A stretch of 64,000 nucleotides of DNA, taken from positions 169,853 to 233,852 of the forward strand of contig MEOK01000001.1 of the NCBI GenBank assembly GCA_001769195.1, read 5' to 3'. Shown here one piece after another: positions 1-10,794 of the stretch; position 1 is the stretch's first letter; the number at the start of each line of letters is the position of its first letter. The DNA comes from Bacteroidetes bacterium GWF2_40_14 (GTDB lineage Bacteria; Bacteroidota; Bacteroidia; Bacteroidales; UBA932). The notes beneath the pieces are model-generated. The model saw only the letters and a program-made list of their open reading frames with translations. It made no database searches and was not told the DNA's origin. Position numbers and translations under genes: made by a program.

Positions 1-690
1 TGAGACATTAAGAGAACCGATTGCACCTAATAGAGGAATTCTGGCTTTATCTGTCGCAAGACTTAAAACGGAATCGGAAATGCCCTTGTTTTCGGACCCC
101 ATTATAATGGCTGTTGGTTTTTTGAAGTCAATCTCATAAATGCTCTTTTTTGCCTTTTCATCAGCTGCAACTATTTGAAATCCAGATTCAATAAGATAAT
201 AAATAGCTACTCTTAGATTTGCAGCCTTAGATGTTGCTATTCTAAGCAACGCGCCAGCAGATGTCTTTATTGCATCAGCATTGACTGCTGCCCCTCCTTT
301 TGCTGGCAGGATAATACCGGCAACACCTGCACACTCTGCTGATCTGGCAATTGCTCCAAAATTTCTTACATCACTTACCCCGTCAAGTAGTATAAACAAA
401 GGAGCTGCACTCTTTTTCATTGCGTTTTCGACCATATCTTCAATTGGAATATACTCAACCTGAGAAATGAATGCAATGACACCCTGATGATTACCGTTTG
501 TAATACTGTTTAATTTTTCTGCCGGGGCAAACTGTACAGGAATCTCTTTCTCCTGTAGCCTCTCAATCAGCTGGCGAAACTGTATTCCCTCCAGACCTTG
601 TTTAAAAAGAACTTTTTCAATTTTCTTATTGCTTTCCAATGCCTCCATAACAGAATGCATTCCATATAGATAATGTGTCTTTTGTTCCAT
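1..690 (-). CDS. rlmB: TrmH/SpoU-family RNA 2'-O-methyltransferase (23S rRNA RlmB-like), 3' end runs off the window
   Basis: Not in ORF track. Hand translation from ATG at 690: MEQKTHYLYGMHSVMEAL...LLDGVSDVRNFGAIARSAECAG...IIMGSENKGIS...IGSLNVS, containing the SPOUT motifs; open to position 1. Confidence 0.88.
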   Translation of the reverse strand, partial: MEQKTHYLYGMHSVMEALESNKKIEKVLFKQGLEGIQFRQLIERLQEKEIPVQFAPAEKLNSITNGNHQGVIAFISQVEYIPIEDMVENAMKKSAAPLFILLDGVSDVRNFGAIARSAECAGVAGIILPAKGGAAVNADAIKTSAGALLRIATSKAANLRVAIYYLIESGFQIVAADEKAKKSIYEIDFKKPTAIIMGSENKGISDSVLSLATDKARIPLLGAIGSLNVS

Positions 691-723
691 TTTTGTGTTT
701 CTTTTTGTAAATATAACTTTATT

Positions 724-2640
724 TTAACTCTGTTGGGTGGCCCACTCCTCCAACTTCAAATCCAGTTCAAGTTTGTAACCATTATACTCTTTCAAAATTT
801 CATCAAGAGTGTTGTTTTTTTGAGGATTAGCGAGGATTATTTCAATTTCTGCTATCTTTTTTTCCAACCAGTCGATTCTCTTCTCACAAGCCTCTATAAT
901 ATTTCTTTTTTTACGAGACTCTTTTTCAATCTCCTTTTGCTCCTGATGCGACAATAACTCTTTTTTATTATCCCTGACAACTCCTGTATCTTTTTTGTCA
1001 GGTGAATGGAATTCAAGTTCTCTTAAATTTTCCATTTTCTTTCGTGACAAAAATTCCATTACACCTCCAAGGTGCTCCTTTACCCGACCGTCTTTAAATT
1101 CGTATACCTTATTTACAAGTCCGTCAAGAAAATCTCTATCATGCGAAACCAGTATCAATGTGCCATCAAAGTTTGCAAGAGCCTGCTTCAAAACATCTTT
1201 AGATCTTATATCCATATGATTTGTAGGCTCATCCAACACTAATAAATTTCGTGGTTTAAGTATGAGTTTTGCCATTGCCAGTCTGGCTCTTTCGCCACCG
1301 CTTAGTACTGCTGTCTTTTTATTTACATCTTCACCCTTAAAAAGAAATGCCCCCAGAATGTCCCTGAGTTTTGTCCTTATGTCACCAACAGCAATTTTAT
1401 CCAGAGTCTCCAGGACAGTATCATTTTTATCCAATAAATCTTCCTGATTTTGGGCATAGTATCCAAGGGATACATTGTGTCCAAGCTCAAGGATACCACT
1501 TTTAGGACTTATCTCGTTTGCTATAAGTCTTATAAAAGTAGTTTTGCCCTCACCGTTCCTTCCTACTAAAGCAACCTTCTCTCCACGTTCGATTGTGATA
1601 TTTGCTTTGTCAAATACTACCTTCTCTCCGAACTGCATTTTCAGGTCCCTTGCATTTATAACAACCTGTCCAGACCTTGGGGAAGGTGGAAATTTGACAG
1701 CAAGAGATGATTTATCCTCATCATCAATCTCTATCCGTTCAATTTTATCCAGTTGCTTTATCCTTGATTGTACCTGATTGGATTTTGTTGCCTTATATCT
1801 GAACTTTTCAATAAACTCTTCAGTCTTCTCAATTTTTCTCTGCTGATTGTCATATGCCGCTCTTTGTTGCTCAATTCTCTCTTTTCTCAACTCAAGATAT
1901 CTGGAATACGGGACTTTATAGTCGTAAGCCTTGCCCAGCATCAGCTCCACGGTCCTGTTGGTGGCATTGTCAAGAAATTTTCTGTCATGGGAGATTAAAA
2001 CCAAAGAACCGTAGTAATTCTCGAGATACTCCTCCAGCCATTGGATAGATTCAATATCTAGATGGTTGGTAGGTTCATCCAGCAACAGGACATCAGGTTT
2101 TTTGAGCAATACTTTCGCCAGTTCTATCCTCATGTTCCATCCCTGGCTGAATGTATGTGTTGGCCTGTCCAGTTCATTACGGTTAAAACCCAATCCTATA
2201 AGTGTTTTCTCAGTTAATCCCTCAGGATTTTCCGATCCGTAATAGTGTATTTTGTCGCTGATATCATTTATACCAACCATGAGTTTATGGTACTCATCAC
2301 TCTCATAATCATCTCTGTTTGCCAATTCATGACTTATTCGTTCCATCTCTCTTTGCAAATCAAAAAAATACAAAAAAGCAGTAAGAGCCTCCTCAAACAC
2401 AGTCTTATCTTTTGCATGCTCCATCTGTTGAGGGAGATAACCAATTGATATCCCGACAGGTTTTACAACAAGACCTTCAGTTGGTTTGTTTATTCCCATG
2501 ATTAACTTAAGCATGGTAGATTTTCCGGAACCGTTTTTCCCTACGAGCCCAATTCTGTCCTTTTCGCTGATATGGAAATTAATATCATTTAAAAGCGTAA
2601 ACCCGCCAAAGGAAACGGTTAGGTTATTTATCGATATCAC
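724..2640 (-). CDS. ABC-F family ribosome-associated ATPase
   Basis: Two ABC domains (GKNGSGKST, GRNGEGKTT; LLLDEPTNHLD, LVLDEPTNHMD), helical linker, no TM segments, C-terminal coiled coil. Confidence 0.92.
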   Translation of the reverse strand: MISINNLTVSFGGFTLLNDINFHISEKDRIGLVGKNGSGKSTMLKLIMGINKPTEGLVVKPVGISIGYLPQQMEHAKDKTVFEEALTAFLYFFDLQREMERISHELANRDDYESDEYHKLMVGINDISDKIHYYGSENPEGLTEKTLIGLGFNRNELDRPTHTFSQGWNMRIELAKVLLKKPDVLLLDEPTNHLDIESIQWLEEYLENYYGSLVLISHDRKFLDNATNRTVELMLGKAYDYKVPYSRYLELRKERIEQQRAAYDNQQRKIEKTEEFIEKFRYKATKSNQVQSRIKQLDKIERIEIDDEDKSSLAVKFPPSPRSGQVVINARDLKMQFGEKVVFDKANITIERGEKVALVGRNGEGKTTFIRLIANEISPKSGILELGHNVSLGYYAQNQEDLLDKNDTVLETLDKIAVGDIRTKLRDILGAFLFKGEDVNKKTAVLSGGERARLAMAKLILKPRNLLVLDEPTNHMDIRSKDVLKQALANFDGTLILVSHDRDFLDGLVNKVYEFKDGRVKEHLGGVMEFLSRKKMENLRELEFHSPDKKDTGVVRDNKKELLSHQEQKEIEKESRKKRNIIEACEKRIDWLEKKIAEIEIILANPQKNNTLDEILKEYNGYKLELDLKLEEWATQQS

Positions 2641-3406
2641 GACTTACTACTATGCTAAATTCATATAGAAGATAAAGAGGCGCTCCGACAACAAAAAGGG
2701 TAAAAGCGTCGCCGCTTGGTGTTATCACAGCGGCTAAAATTATTAGAAATACAAAGGCATGTTTTCTGTATTTCTTAAGAAATGACTTATTTATGATTCC
2801 CATCCTGGAAAGAATACTTGCCAAAGCCGGCATTTCAAATACAATTCCCATTATAAGAATAAGCCATGTAAACATGGATATATAGGACTTGAGTGAAATT
2901 TGGTTAACCACCCAGTCACTCACCTGATATGTTCCTAAAAACCTGACTGTTAATGGAAATACGAAAAAATATCCAACTAAAACGCCAATAAAAAACAGGA
3001 TTCCGGCAAAACCGAATGCTTTATTTATGGCTCTTTTCTCTTTTTCGTAAAGCCCAGGTTTTACAAAGTTCCATAACTGATATAAAATGAATGGCACAGA
3101 AAGAATAAATGCCAGTGTCATTGAGATATTTACATGCGTAAAAAACTGAGCAGAAAGTTCTATGTTGATCAGATTCAAATGAAAAGGTTCCGGTGCAATT
3201 GCAGGATATGAAAGTAAAACAGAGAGTGCACCAAACCACTTATAAAGTATAAAATCAGAGTCAATAGGTGCAAAGATGATTTTGTCAAAAACAAAATTCT
3301 TGTTCAGGAAAATTACAACCATCAGAACAATAATGACAATGGCAGATCTGAACAAGACTTTTCTAAGCTCATCCAGATGTTCCCAAAATGTCATTTCACC
3401 ACTCAC
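2624..3406 (-). CDS. tatC: Twin-arginine translocase subunit TatC
   Basis: N-terminal [11 protein letters not shown] motif, about 6 TM helices, ITPSGD motif. Confidence 0.95.
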   Translation of the reverse strand: MSGEMTFWEHLDELRKVLFRSAIVIIVLMVVIFLNKNFVFDKIIFAPIDSDFILYKWFGALSVLLSYPAIAPEPFHLNLINIELSAQFFTHVNISMTLAFILSVPFILYQLWNFVKPGLYEKEKRAINKAFGFAGILFFIGVLVGYFFVFPLTVRFLGTYQVSDWVVNQISLKSYISMFTWLILIMGIVFEMPALASILSRMGIINKSFLKKYRKHAFVFLIILAAVITPSGDAFTLFVVGAPLYLLYEFSIVVSRDIDK

Positions 3407-3612
3407 TGCTTATCTTCCTTTTTCTCTTCGTTAATGGTGTCTTTCATCTCTTCTTCTACTCCTTTCATCCCATCCTTAAAGCTTTTCACACCTTTACCAA
3501 TGCCCTTCATCAGTTCAGGAATTTTTTTTCCTCCAAAAAGAAGAAGCACTATTAGAGCGACAATTATTATTTCAGTTGCTCCTACTGTTCCAAAAAGTAA
3601 TAGATGATTCAT
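3403..3612 (-). CDS. tatA: Twin-arginine translocase subunit TatA/E
   Basis: [24 protein letters not shown] signature; overlaps the tatC start by 4 nt. Confidence 0.95.
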   Translation of the reverse strand: MNHLLLFGTVGATEIIIVALIVLLLFGGKKIPELMKGIGKGVKSFKDGMKGVEEEMKDTINEEKKEDKQ

Positions 3613-3633
3613 ATTAATATTATTTAGTAATTA

Positions 3634-4041
3634 TTATTCAAAGAAAAGGGCAAATTTTTCTGCTATATATTCAGGTACCCTGGTGGGTTTTCGTGTATCT
3701 TTGTGAATGAAGCCCAATGTAACACTTCCATCGCATACAATTTGATTTTCCTCATTGTAAATTGTTGTTTCAATGACAATTCTTGCTTTAGGAGGCTCAG
3801 TGACCGTGCTCACAATTCTTAACTTCTCTCCTTGTCTGGCTGGAACCTTGTAGTTACAAATCACATTTACCACAGGCATCATTATTCCGGCATCCTCAAT
3901 CTTCTGAATTGGTAGCCCCAGATCTATTAACGCCTGGTTCCTTCCACATTCGAAATACCTTATATAATTGGAGTGATGAACCACCCCCATTAGGTCAGTT
4001 TCGTAGTATCTTACTTCAAGGGTTGTTTCAGAAACAAACAT
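3634..4041 (-). CDS. Acyl-CoA thioesterase (YbgC/4HBT hot-dog family)
   Basis: VRYYETDLMGVVHHSNYIRYFE motif. Confidence 0.9.
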   Translation of the reverse strand: MFVSETTLEVRYYETDLMGVVHHSNYIRYFECGRNQALIDLGLPIQKIEDAGIMMPVVNVICNYKVPARQGEKLRIVSTVTEPPKARIVIETTIYNEENQIVCDGSVTLGFIHKDTRKPTRVPEYIAEKFALFFE

Positions 4042-4044
4042 AAT

Positions 4045-6693
4045 CTATTTTTTTAGTTCCCGTTTTAATTGAGTCAATTTAGAAATCTTTGTCATAGCAT
4101 CACTCTGCTTCTTATATTCCATTTCAACTACATCCTTAGAAGCATTGGCTACAAATTTCTCGTTAGATAGCTTTTTGTTTACAGCAACAAGAAAACCTTC
4201 CAGATGTTTTATTTCGCTCTCTATCCTTGTAATTTCGTCATCTTTATTCACAAGATTTCCGAGTGGCAGGAAAAATTCTACAGTGCCAACCATAAATGAT
4301 GACCCATTGAGTGATTCTTCTTTTTCTGAATATGGTTTGATTGCATTAATATTGGCCATCTTCTTTATGATGCAGTATAAAGCTTCTGAAAAATCTCCCT
4401 TAATATAAAGGGAAAGTGGCTCTTTAGGTGATATGCTTTTTGACTGTCGGATGCTCCGGATGTTTACGATTGTTGCTTTTGCCTGCTCCACGTTCAAAAT
4501 AAGATCAGTTGAGTATTTCTCAGCCTTTGGCTGCTTAAGAATCATTATGCTCTCACCATCTTTAGTATTACTGAGATTTTGCCATAATTCTTCTGTAATA
4601 AAAGGCATAAAAGGATGGAGAAGTTTCAGTAATTTGTCGAAATAGACCAAAGTGGCCTCATGAGTGCCCTTGTCCATAGCTCCACCCTGAACAGGCTTTA
4701 TTATCTCAAGATACCACGCACAGAAATCATCCCAGAAAAGTTTGTATAGAAGCATAAGGGAGTCAGAAAGACGGAACTTTTCAAAATGGTCATTCATTGT
4801 CTCAATTGACTGAGATAGCAGACTGTCAAACCATTCAACAGCAACTTTGTTTTGGGGAGATGTGGTTAAAGAGTCGTCAACCTGCCAGCTCTTTATGAGT
4901 CTGAATGCGTTCCATATCTTATTAGAGAAGTTTCTTCCCTGTTCTACCTGACTCTCGTCAAATAGTATGTCGGTGCCTGCACTGCTACACAACAGCATGC
5001 CTACACGTACCCCGTCAGCACCAAAATTTTCCATCAGTTTTATTGGGTCGGGCGAGTTGCCTAGCGATTTTGACATCTTCCTTCCCGACTTGTCCCTTAC
5101 GGTACCTGTCAGATAAACATTCCTGAAGGGGAGGCCTCCGCAGAACTCATGCCCTGCCATCACCATACGGGCTACCCAGAAAAAGAGAATTTCAGGGGCA
5201 GTGACCAAATCGTTTGTTGGATAATAGTAAGCAAGTTCCTTATTTGGCTCTCTATCAGGAAATCCTGGTTTTCCTGCATCAAATACTGATATTGGCCACA
5301 ACCATGAAGAGAACCATGTATCAAGCACATCATTGTCCTGTTGTAGGTCAGAAACTGACAATTCCGGATTTATTTTTTGAGCTGCCTTAAGTGCTTCTTC
5401 CTTGTTCGATTCAACTACAAATTCTCCATTCGGCAGGTACCATGCCGGTATTCTCTGACCCCACCAAAGTTGTCGGGATATACACCAGTCATGTACATTC
5501 TCCATCCAGTGCCGGTATGTATTCTTGTACTTGTCAGGAATCAGCCTTATTTGGTCACTTTCTACATACTTCAAAGCATTTTCAGCAGCTTCATTCATTT
5601 TTAAAAACCATTGTAAAGAAAGTCTTGGTTCAATGACAGCATTTGTCCTTTCGGAATAACCAATCTGAGATGTATATGGCTCTTCTTTCTCAAGATTGCC
5701 CGCCTCTGCAAGCATCTTTACAATTTTTCTCCTTGCAGCAAACCTCTCTTCACCTATCAATATCTGTGCTTTATCATTCAGTTTGGCATACTTGTCAAGA
5801 ATGTCAATTACAGGGAGTTTATGTCTCAGCCCAATTTCATAGTCATTGATATCATGTGCCGGAGTGATTTTCAAACAACCAGTTCCAAAATCCATAGAAA
5901 CATAATCATCCTCAATAACCGGAATCTCCTTGTTGATTAGAGGAATTAGTACCCTTTTGCCTTTCAGCCAGTTATAACGTTCATCCAGTGGATGCACACA
6001 AATGGCAGTGTCTGCCATAATTGTTTCTGGACGTGTTGTTGCAATTACAATGAATTTATCTGTGGTTTTACCATTTTCAGATATAAAGTATTTAAGATAG
6101 AAGAGTTTCGACGGGGTCTCTTTACGGATTACCTCCTCGTCGCTGACTGCTGTTTGTCCCTCAGGGTCCCAATTCACCATCCTTACGCCTCTGTAAATCC
6201 ATCCCTTCTTGTAAAAGTAAACAAATGTATTTACTACACTGGAACTTAAATCTTCATCCATAGTGAATTTTGTCCTTTCCCAGTCACAAGATGCACCAAG
6301 CTTTTTCAGTTGTTCCAGGATAATACCTCCGTGCTTCTCCTTCCACTCCCAGGCATGTTTCAGAAATTCATCTCTTGATATATCTGTTTTCTCTATTCCC
6401 TCAGTTTTAAGTTTTGCTACAACCTTCGCCTCCGTGGCTATGGATGCATGATCTGTACCCGGAACCCAGCAGGCGTTTTTTCCCAACATTCTAGCACGTC
6501 TTATCAACACATCCTGTATGGTATTGTTAAGCATATGTCCCATGTGAAGGACACCAGTAACGTTAGGAGGAGGAATTACAATTGTATAGGCCTCTCTGTC
6601 ATCTGGTTCAGAATGAAAAAAATTATTCTTTAACCAATAAGAATACCACTTATCTTCTGTTAAAGACGGGTCATATTTTGCGGGTAAATCCAT
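4045..6693 (-). CDS. valS: Valine--tRNA ligase
   Basis: PPPNVTGVLHMGH (HIGH-like), KMSKS, WCISRQLWWG, C-terminal coiled-coil arm. Confidence 0.98.
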   Translation of the reverse strand: MDLPAKYDPSLTEDKWYSYWLKNNFFHSEPDDREAYTIVIPPPNVTGVLHMGHMLNNTIQDVLIRRARMLGKNACWVPGTDHASIATEAKVVAKLKTEGIEKTDISRDEFLKHAWEWKEKHGGIILEQLKKLGASCDWERTKFTMDEDLSSSVVNTFVYFYKKGWIYRGVRMVNWDPEGQTAVSDEEVIRKETPSKLFYLKYFISENGKTTDKFIVIATTRPETIMADTAICVHPLDERYNWLKGKRVLIPLINKEIPVIEDDYVSMDFGTGCLKITPAHDINDYEIGLRHKLPVIDILDKYAKLNDKAQILIGEERFAARRKIVKMLAEAGNLEKEEPYTSQIGYSERTNAVIEPRLSLQWFLKMNEAAENALKYVESDQIRLIPDKYKNTYRHWMENVHDWCISRQLWWGQRIPAWYLPNGEFVVESNKEEALKAAQKINPELSVSDLQQDNDVLDTWFSSWLWPISVFDAGKPGFPDREPNKELAYYYPTNDLVTAPEILFFWVARMVMAGHEFCGGLPFRNVYLTGTVRDKSGRKMSKSLGNSPDPIKLMENFGADGVRVGMLLCSSAGTDILFDESQVEQGRNFSNKIWNAFRLIKSWQVDDSLTTSPQNKVAVEWFDSLLSQSIETMNDHFEKFRLSDSLMLLYKLFWDDFCAWYLEIIKPVQGGAMDKGTHEATLVYFDKLLKLLHPFMPFITEELWQNLSNTKDGESIMILKQPKAEKYSTDLILNVEQAKATIVNIRSIRQSKSISPKEPLSLYIKGDFSEALYCIIKKMANINAIKPYSEKEESLNGSSFMVGTVEFFLPLGNLVNKDDEITRIESEIKHLEGFLVAVNKKLSNEKFVANASKDVVEMEYKKQSDAMTKISKLTQLKRELKK

Positions 6694-6725
6694 ATTTTAT
6701 CAACACTTTTTTTGAATCTAAGCTA

Positions 6726-6786
6726 CAAAGTTAATCAATTATAAAACGCATACAAAATTCGCTTATAAGAAAAAATCTTATCTTTG
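6726..6786. promoter_or_regulatory. Divergent Bacteroidota sigma70-type -7 elements for valS (-) and the DUF3467-etf operon (+)
   Basis: TAACTTTG on the minus strand (6726-6733) and TATCTTTG on the plus strand (6779-6786) both match TAnnTTTG, 27-33 nt from the respective starts. Confidence 0.65.
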
Positions 6787-6812
6787 CAGGGTTTTAACAC
6801 TAATAACATATT

Positions 6813-7121
6813 ATGAATACTGATAATGAGCTAAATATAGAGTTAAGCGGAGAAGTAGCGCAAGGCTCTTACTCAAACCTCGCAATAATCACACATTCCA
6901 GCAGTGAATTTATTATTGACTTTATAAGGATGATGCCTGGTGTGCCTAAACCACAGGTAAACAACAGAATAATAATGACTGCAGAACATGCCAAAAGACT
7001 ATTCCTTGCACTTGAGGATAATATTGCAAAGTTTGAAAAACAGTATGGAGAAATTGAGCTTCATAACGAGCAGAAAAACATGATTCCTATGGGCTTTGGA
7101 AGCAATTCAGCCGAAGCATAA
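6813..7121 (+). CDS. DUF3467-like conserved hypothetical protein
   Basis: VAQGSYSNLAIITHSSSEFIIDF...RIIMTAEHAKRL resembles the DUF3467 family (recognised from memory). Confidence 0.8.
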   Translation: MNTDNELNIELSGEVAQGSYSNLAIITHSSSEFIIDFIRMMPGVPKPQVNNRIIMTAEHAKRLFLALEDNIAKFEKQYGEIELHNEQKNMIPMGFGSNSAEA

Positions 7122-7137
7122 TATACATTAAACAAAT

Positions 7138-8013
7138 ATGACTAAAACCTTTAAAATTGTTGTACTGGCAAAGCAAGTGCCAGATACACGTAATGTTGGA
7201 AAGAATGCTATGAAAGAGGACGGAACTGTTAACCGTGCCGCTCTCCCAGCAATTTTTAATCCCGAGGACATGAATGCACTCGAACAAGCTTTAAGAATTA
7301 AGGACCGGTTTCCGGGAAGTAAAGTATTGCTTCTGACTATGGGACCATCCAGAGCTGCAGAGATAATAAGAGAGGGATTTTTCCGCGGTGCCGACGGTGG
7401 AGTATTATTGACAGACAGGAAATTTGCAGGAGCTGATACCCTGGCTACCTCATATGCTCTGGCTATGGCGATAAAGAAAATGAATCCTGACATGATAATT
7501 GCCGGAAGACAGGCAATTGACGGCGATACTGCTCAAGTGGGGCCACAGGTGGCAGAAAAATTGAATCTCCCACAAGTGACATATGCAGAAGATATTATGG
7601 GGTTTGAAAACGACAAGATAACCATAAAAAGAAGGCTTGAGAGAGGGGTTGAAGTGGTGACATCTACATTACCTGTAGTTATTACGGTTAATGCAACCGC
7701 CGCACCTTGCAGACCAAGAAATGCAAAGCAACTAATGCGATTCAAACATGCCCGAACCTTAACCGAGGAACAGGATAACGAGCATAACTCATATCTTCCC
7801 ATATTCAGTCTTGAGTCATTGATAATTCCCGAATGGGGTGTTGCTGATGTAGGTGGAGACGAAGCAAATTACGGGCTTTCAGGTTCTCCCACCAAGGTTA
7901 AAAAGATAGAAAACATTGTTTTTCAGGCAAAGGAATCCAAGAGACTTACTTCAGCTGACCAGGATATTGATTCGCTTATTAAAGAGCTTATCTCTTCTCA
8001 CACTATTGGTTAA
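7138..8013 (+). CDS. etfB: Electron transfer flavoprotein beta subunit
   Basis: KQVPDT, NPEDMNALE and GRQAIDGDTAQVGPQ motifs. Confidence 0.95.
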   Translation: MTKTFKIVVLAKQVPDTRNVGKNAMKEDGTVNRAALPAIFNPEDMNALEQALRIKDRFPGSKVLLLTMGPSRAAEIIREGFFRGADGGVLLTDRKFAGADTLATSYALAMAIKKMNPDMIIAGRQAIDGDTAQVGPQVAEKLNLPQVTYAEDIMGFENDKITIKRRLERGVEVVTSTLPVVITVNATAAPCRPRNAKQLMRFKHARTLTEEQDNEHNSYLPIFSLESLIIPEWGVADVGGDEANYGLSGSPTKVKKIENIVFQAKESKRLTSADQDIDSLIKELISSHTIG

Positions 8014-8030
8014 CAAATAATAAATAGACA

Positions 8031-9050
8031 ATGAATAACATTATAGTATATATAGAAACAGAAAACGGAAAAATCGGAGATGTGAGCCTTGAGTTGCTGA
8101 CAAAGGCGCGTTCTCTCGCTAAAGGGCTCTCATGCAACCTGGAGGCTTTAATGATAGGCCATAAAGTAAGTGAACTCCAGAATGAATTATTCGCATATGG
8201 AGTGCAAAAAATTCATATTGCCGACGATCCTAGGCTGATAAATTATCTTACACTTCCATATTCTGCAATTACAATATCCCTTTTTAAGGAGGAAAAACCA
8301 CAGGTAGCTCTTTTTGGAGCAACCAGCCTTGGTAGAGATCTTGCACCACGGGTTTCAAGTGCATTGAAAAGTGGTTTGACCGCAGATTGTACCTCATTGG
8401 AAATAGGTGATCATACTGATACAAAATCAGGCACAATTTATAAAAACCTTTTATACCAAATTCGTCCGGCATTTGGCGGTAATATTATTGCTACAATCAT
8501 AAATCCTGAGTGTCGTCCTCAGATGGCAACGGTAAGGGAAGGTGTAATGAAAAAAGAGCCTCTTGAATCTCCGGTAAAAGGTAAGGTAAACATTCTGGAT
8601 GTTAAATCGATATTGAACAATGAGGACTTTATTGTTGAAATTATAGAGAGGCACATGGAAGAGAGGAAAATTGACATAAAAGGCTCACCGGTAATAATTG
8701 CCGGAGGTTTTGGTGTTGGATCAAGGGATAATTTCAAGCAATTGTTTGATTTGGCTCATCTTCTGGGGGCAGAAGTCGGAGCGTCAAGAGCAGCTGTTGA
8801 TGCAGGCTTTGCCGACCATGCAAGACAAATAGGTCAGACGGGAGTTACAGTAAGACCAAAATTGTTTATCTCCGTAGGTATTTCAGGTCAGATCCAACAT
8901 ACCGCAGGAATGGACGAATCGGCTATGATTATATCGATAAACAGCGATCCTGATGCACCGATCCATCAGATTGCAGACTATGCAATCGTGGGTGATTTAA
9001 ATGAAGTTTTACCTAAGATGATACAGTCTTACAAAAAAAATAGCAAATAG
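8031..9050 (+). CDS. etfA: Electron transfer flavoprotein alpha subunit
   Basis: GLTADCT, RPAFGGN, GASRAAVDAG and QIGQTGVTVRPKLFISVGISGQIQH motifs. Confidence 0.95.
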   Translation: MNNIIVYIETENGKIGDVSLELLTKARSLAKGLSCNLEALMIGHKVSELQNELFAYGVQKIHIADDPRLINYLTLPYSAITISLFKEEKPQVALFGATSLGRDLAPRVSSALKSGLTADCTSLEIGDHTDTKSGTIYKNLLYQIRPAFGGNIIATIINPECRPQMATVREGVMKKEPLESPVKGKVNILDVKSILNNEDFIVEIIERHMEERKIDIKGSPVIIAGGFGVGSRDNFKQLFDLAHLLGAEVGASRAAVDAGFADHARQIGQTGVTVRPKLFISVGISGQIQHTAGMDESAMIISINSDPDAPIHQIADYAIVGDLNEVLPKMIQSYKKNSK

Positions 9051-9051
9051 T

Positions 9052-10779
9052 ATGGCAAACTTTTATAAAGATAATAAAGACCTTAAATTCCAGTTTCAGA
9101 ATCCGTTAATGAAAAAAATCGTGCAACTTAAGGAGCAGGATTTCAAGGATTCCGGCAAGTTTGATTACGCTCCATGTACAGGTGAAGATACTCTGGATTC
9201 TTACGAAAAAGTTATGGAGATCGCTGGTGAGATTTGTGGAGATGTCATTGCAGTAAATGCCGAGGAGGTGGATAAATGTGGACCACATCATGAAAATGGC
9301 AGAGTGACTTATGCTCCGGGTACACAACAGAATCAGGATGTATTGATTCAAGCGGGACTTTACGGAATGTCACTTCCAAGAGAATTCGGTGGCCTTAATT
9401 TTTCGATGGTTCCTTATGTAATGGCAGGTGAAATGGTAGCAAGGGCAGATGCCGGTTTTGCAAATATCTGGGGACTTCAGGATTGTGCCGAAACAATTCA
9501 TGAATTCGCATCAGAAGAGCTTAAAAACGAGTTTTTACCCAGAATAAATCAAGGTCAGACTTGTTCAATGGACCTTACCGAACCGGATGCAGGAAGTGAT
9601 CTTCAGGCAGTTATGCTTAAAGCCACATATAATGAGAAAACCGGAATATGGTATCTGAATGGAGTAAAACGGTTTATAACTAATGGAGATGCCCAGATTA
9701 AACTGGTACTGGCCCGATCAGAAGAGAACACTACCGATGGAAGGGGACTTTCATATTTTGTTTATGACAAGGACTGGGAAGGAGTTCAGGTAAGAAGGAT
9801 TGAAAACAAGCTTGGGATAAAGGGATCTCCTACATGTGAACTTGTATTCCATAACGCTCCCGCCAAATTAGTTGGTGAAAGAAGAATGGGGCTAATCAAG
9901 TATGTAATGACTCTTATGAATGGTGCTAGATTGGGAGTTGCTGCTCAATCAGTTGGAATATCAGAAGCTGCGTATCGTGAGGCTTTGAAATATGCTCATG
10001 AAAGGACACAGTTCGGTAAGCCGATTGTTCAGTTTCCTGCGGTTTACGAAATGTTGGCTATTATTAAGGCAAAACTTCAGGCCTCAAGAGCTCTTCTTTA
10101 TGAGACAACCCGTTTCGTCGATATTTACAAAGCTTATGGTTTTATAGCCGAAGAACGTAAACTCACACCTGAGGAGAGACAGGAATCGAAAAGTTACCAA
10201 AGGCTTGCAGATATGTTTACGCCAATCGTAAAACTTATGGCATCGGAATATTCAAATCAGAATGCATACGACTCACTTCAAGTGCATGGTGGTTCAGGAT
10301 TCATGAAGGATTATCCAATCGAGAGAATTTTCAGAGATGCCCGTATTACAACCATTTATGAAGGAACGTCTCAATTACAGGTAGTTGCGGCTCAGAGATA
10401 TGTGACAAACGGTGCATACCTAAACCAAATAAAGGAGTACGAAAAAACCGAGTTTAAGCCGGGTTTCTCTCAGTACAAAAAAACACTTGCCGAGATGGCC
10501 GAACAATATCAACAGGCTGTTGCTCTTGTTGCAGGTTCAGATAATGAAGTTATTGACTTTCATGCACGCAGACTGGTGGAAATGGCAGCACATATAATCA
10601 TGTCATACTTGTTGATCATAGACTCTCAGTCTGACGACAGTTTTGAAAATTCCGCATCTGTATATCTAAACATATCAAAAGCATGGAACGATGAACGTTA
10701 TTCTTACATTAAGGATTTCGCACCTTCAGACATAAATCCATTTGTTTCAATAAAAGAAGAAATAGTACCTGAAGCATAA
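9052..10779 (+). CDS. Acyl-CoA dehydrogenase (long Bacteroidota type with C-terminal extension)
   Basis: DLTEPDAGSD, KLGIKGSPT, QVHGGSGF and IYEGTSQLQ (catalytic Glu) motifs; follows etfBA. Confidence 0.93.
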   Translation: MANFYKDNKDLKFQFQNPLMKKIVQLKEQDFKDSGKFDYAPCTGEDTLDSYEKVMEIAGEICGDVIAVNAEEVDKCGPHHENGRVTYAPGTQQNQDVLIQAGLYGMSLPREFGGLNFSMVPYVMAGEMVARADAGFANIWGLQDCAETIHEFASEELKNEFLPRINQGQTCSMDLTEPDAGSDLQAVMLKATYNEKTGIWYLNGVKRFITNGDAQIKLVLARSEENTTDGRGLSYFVYDKDWEGVQVRRIENKLGIKGSPTCELVFHNAPAKLVGERRMGLIKYVMTLMNGARLGVAAQSVGISEAAYREALKYAHERTQFGKPIVQFPAVYEMLAIIKAKLQASRALLYETTRFVDIYKAYGFIAEERKLTPEERQESKSYQRLADMFTPIVKLMASEYSNQNAYDSLQVHGGSGFMKDYPIERIFRDARITTIYEGTSQLQVVAAQRYVTNGAYLNQIKEYEKTEFKPGFSQYKKTLAEMAEQYQQAVALVAGSDNEVIDFHARRLVEMAAHIIMSYLLIIDSQSDDSFENSASVYLNISKAWNDERYSYIKDFAPSDINPFVSIKEEIVPEA

Positions 10780-10794
10780 CATTGTTTCATAGTC

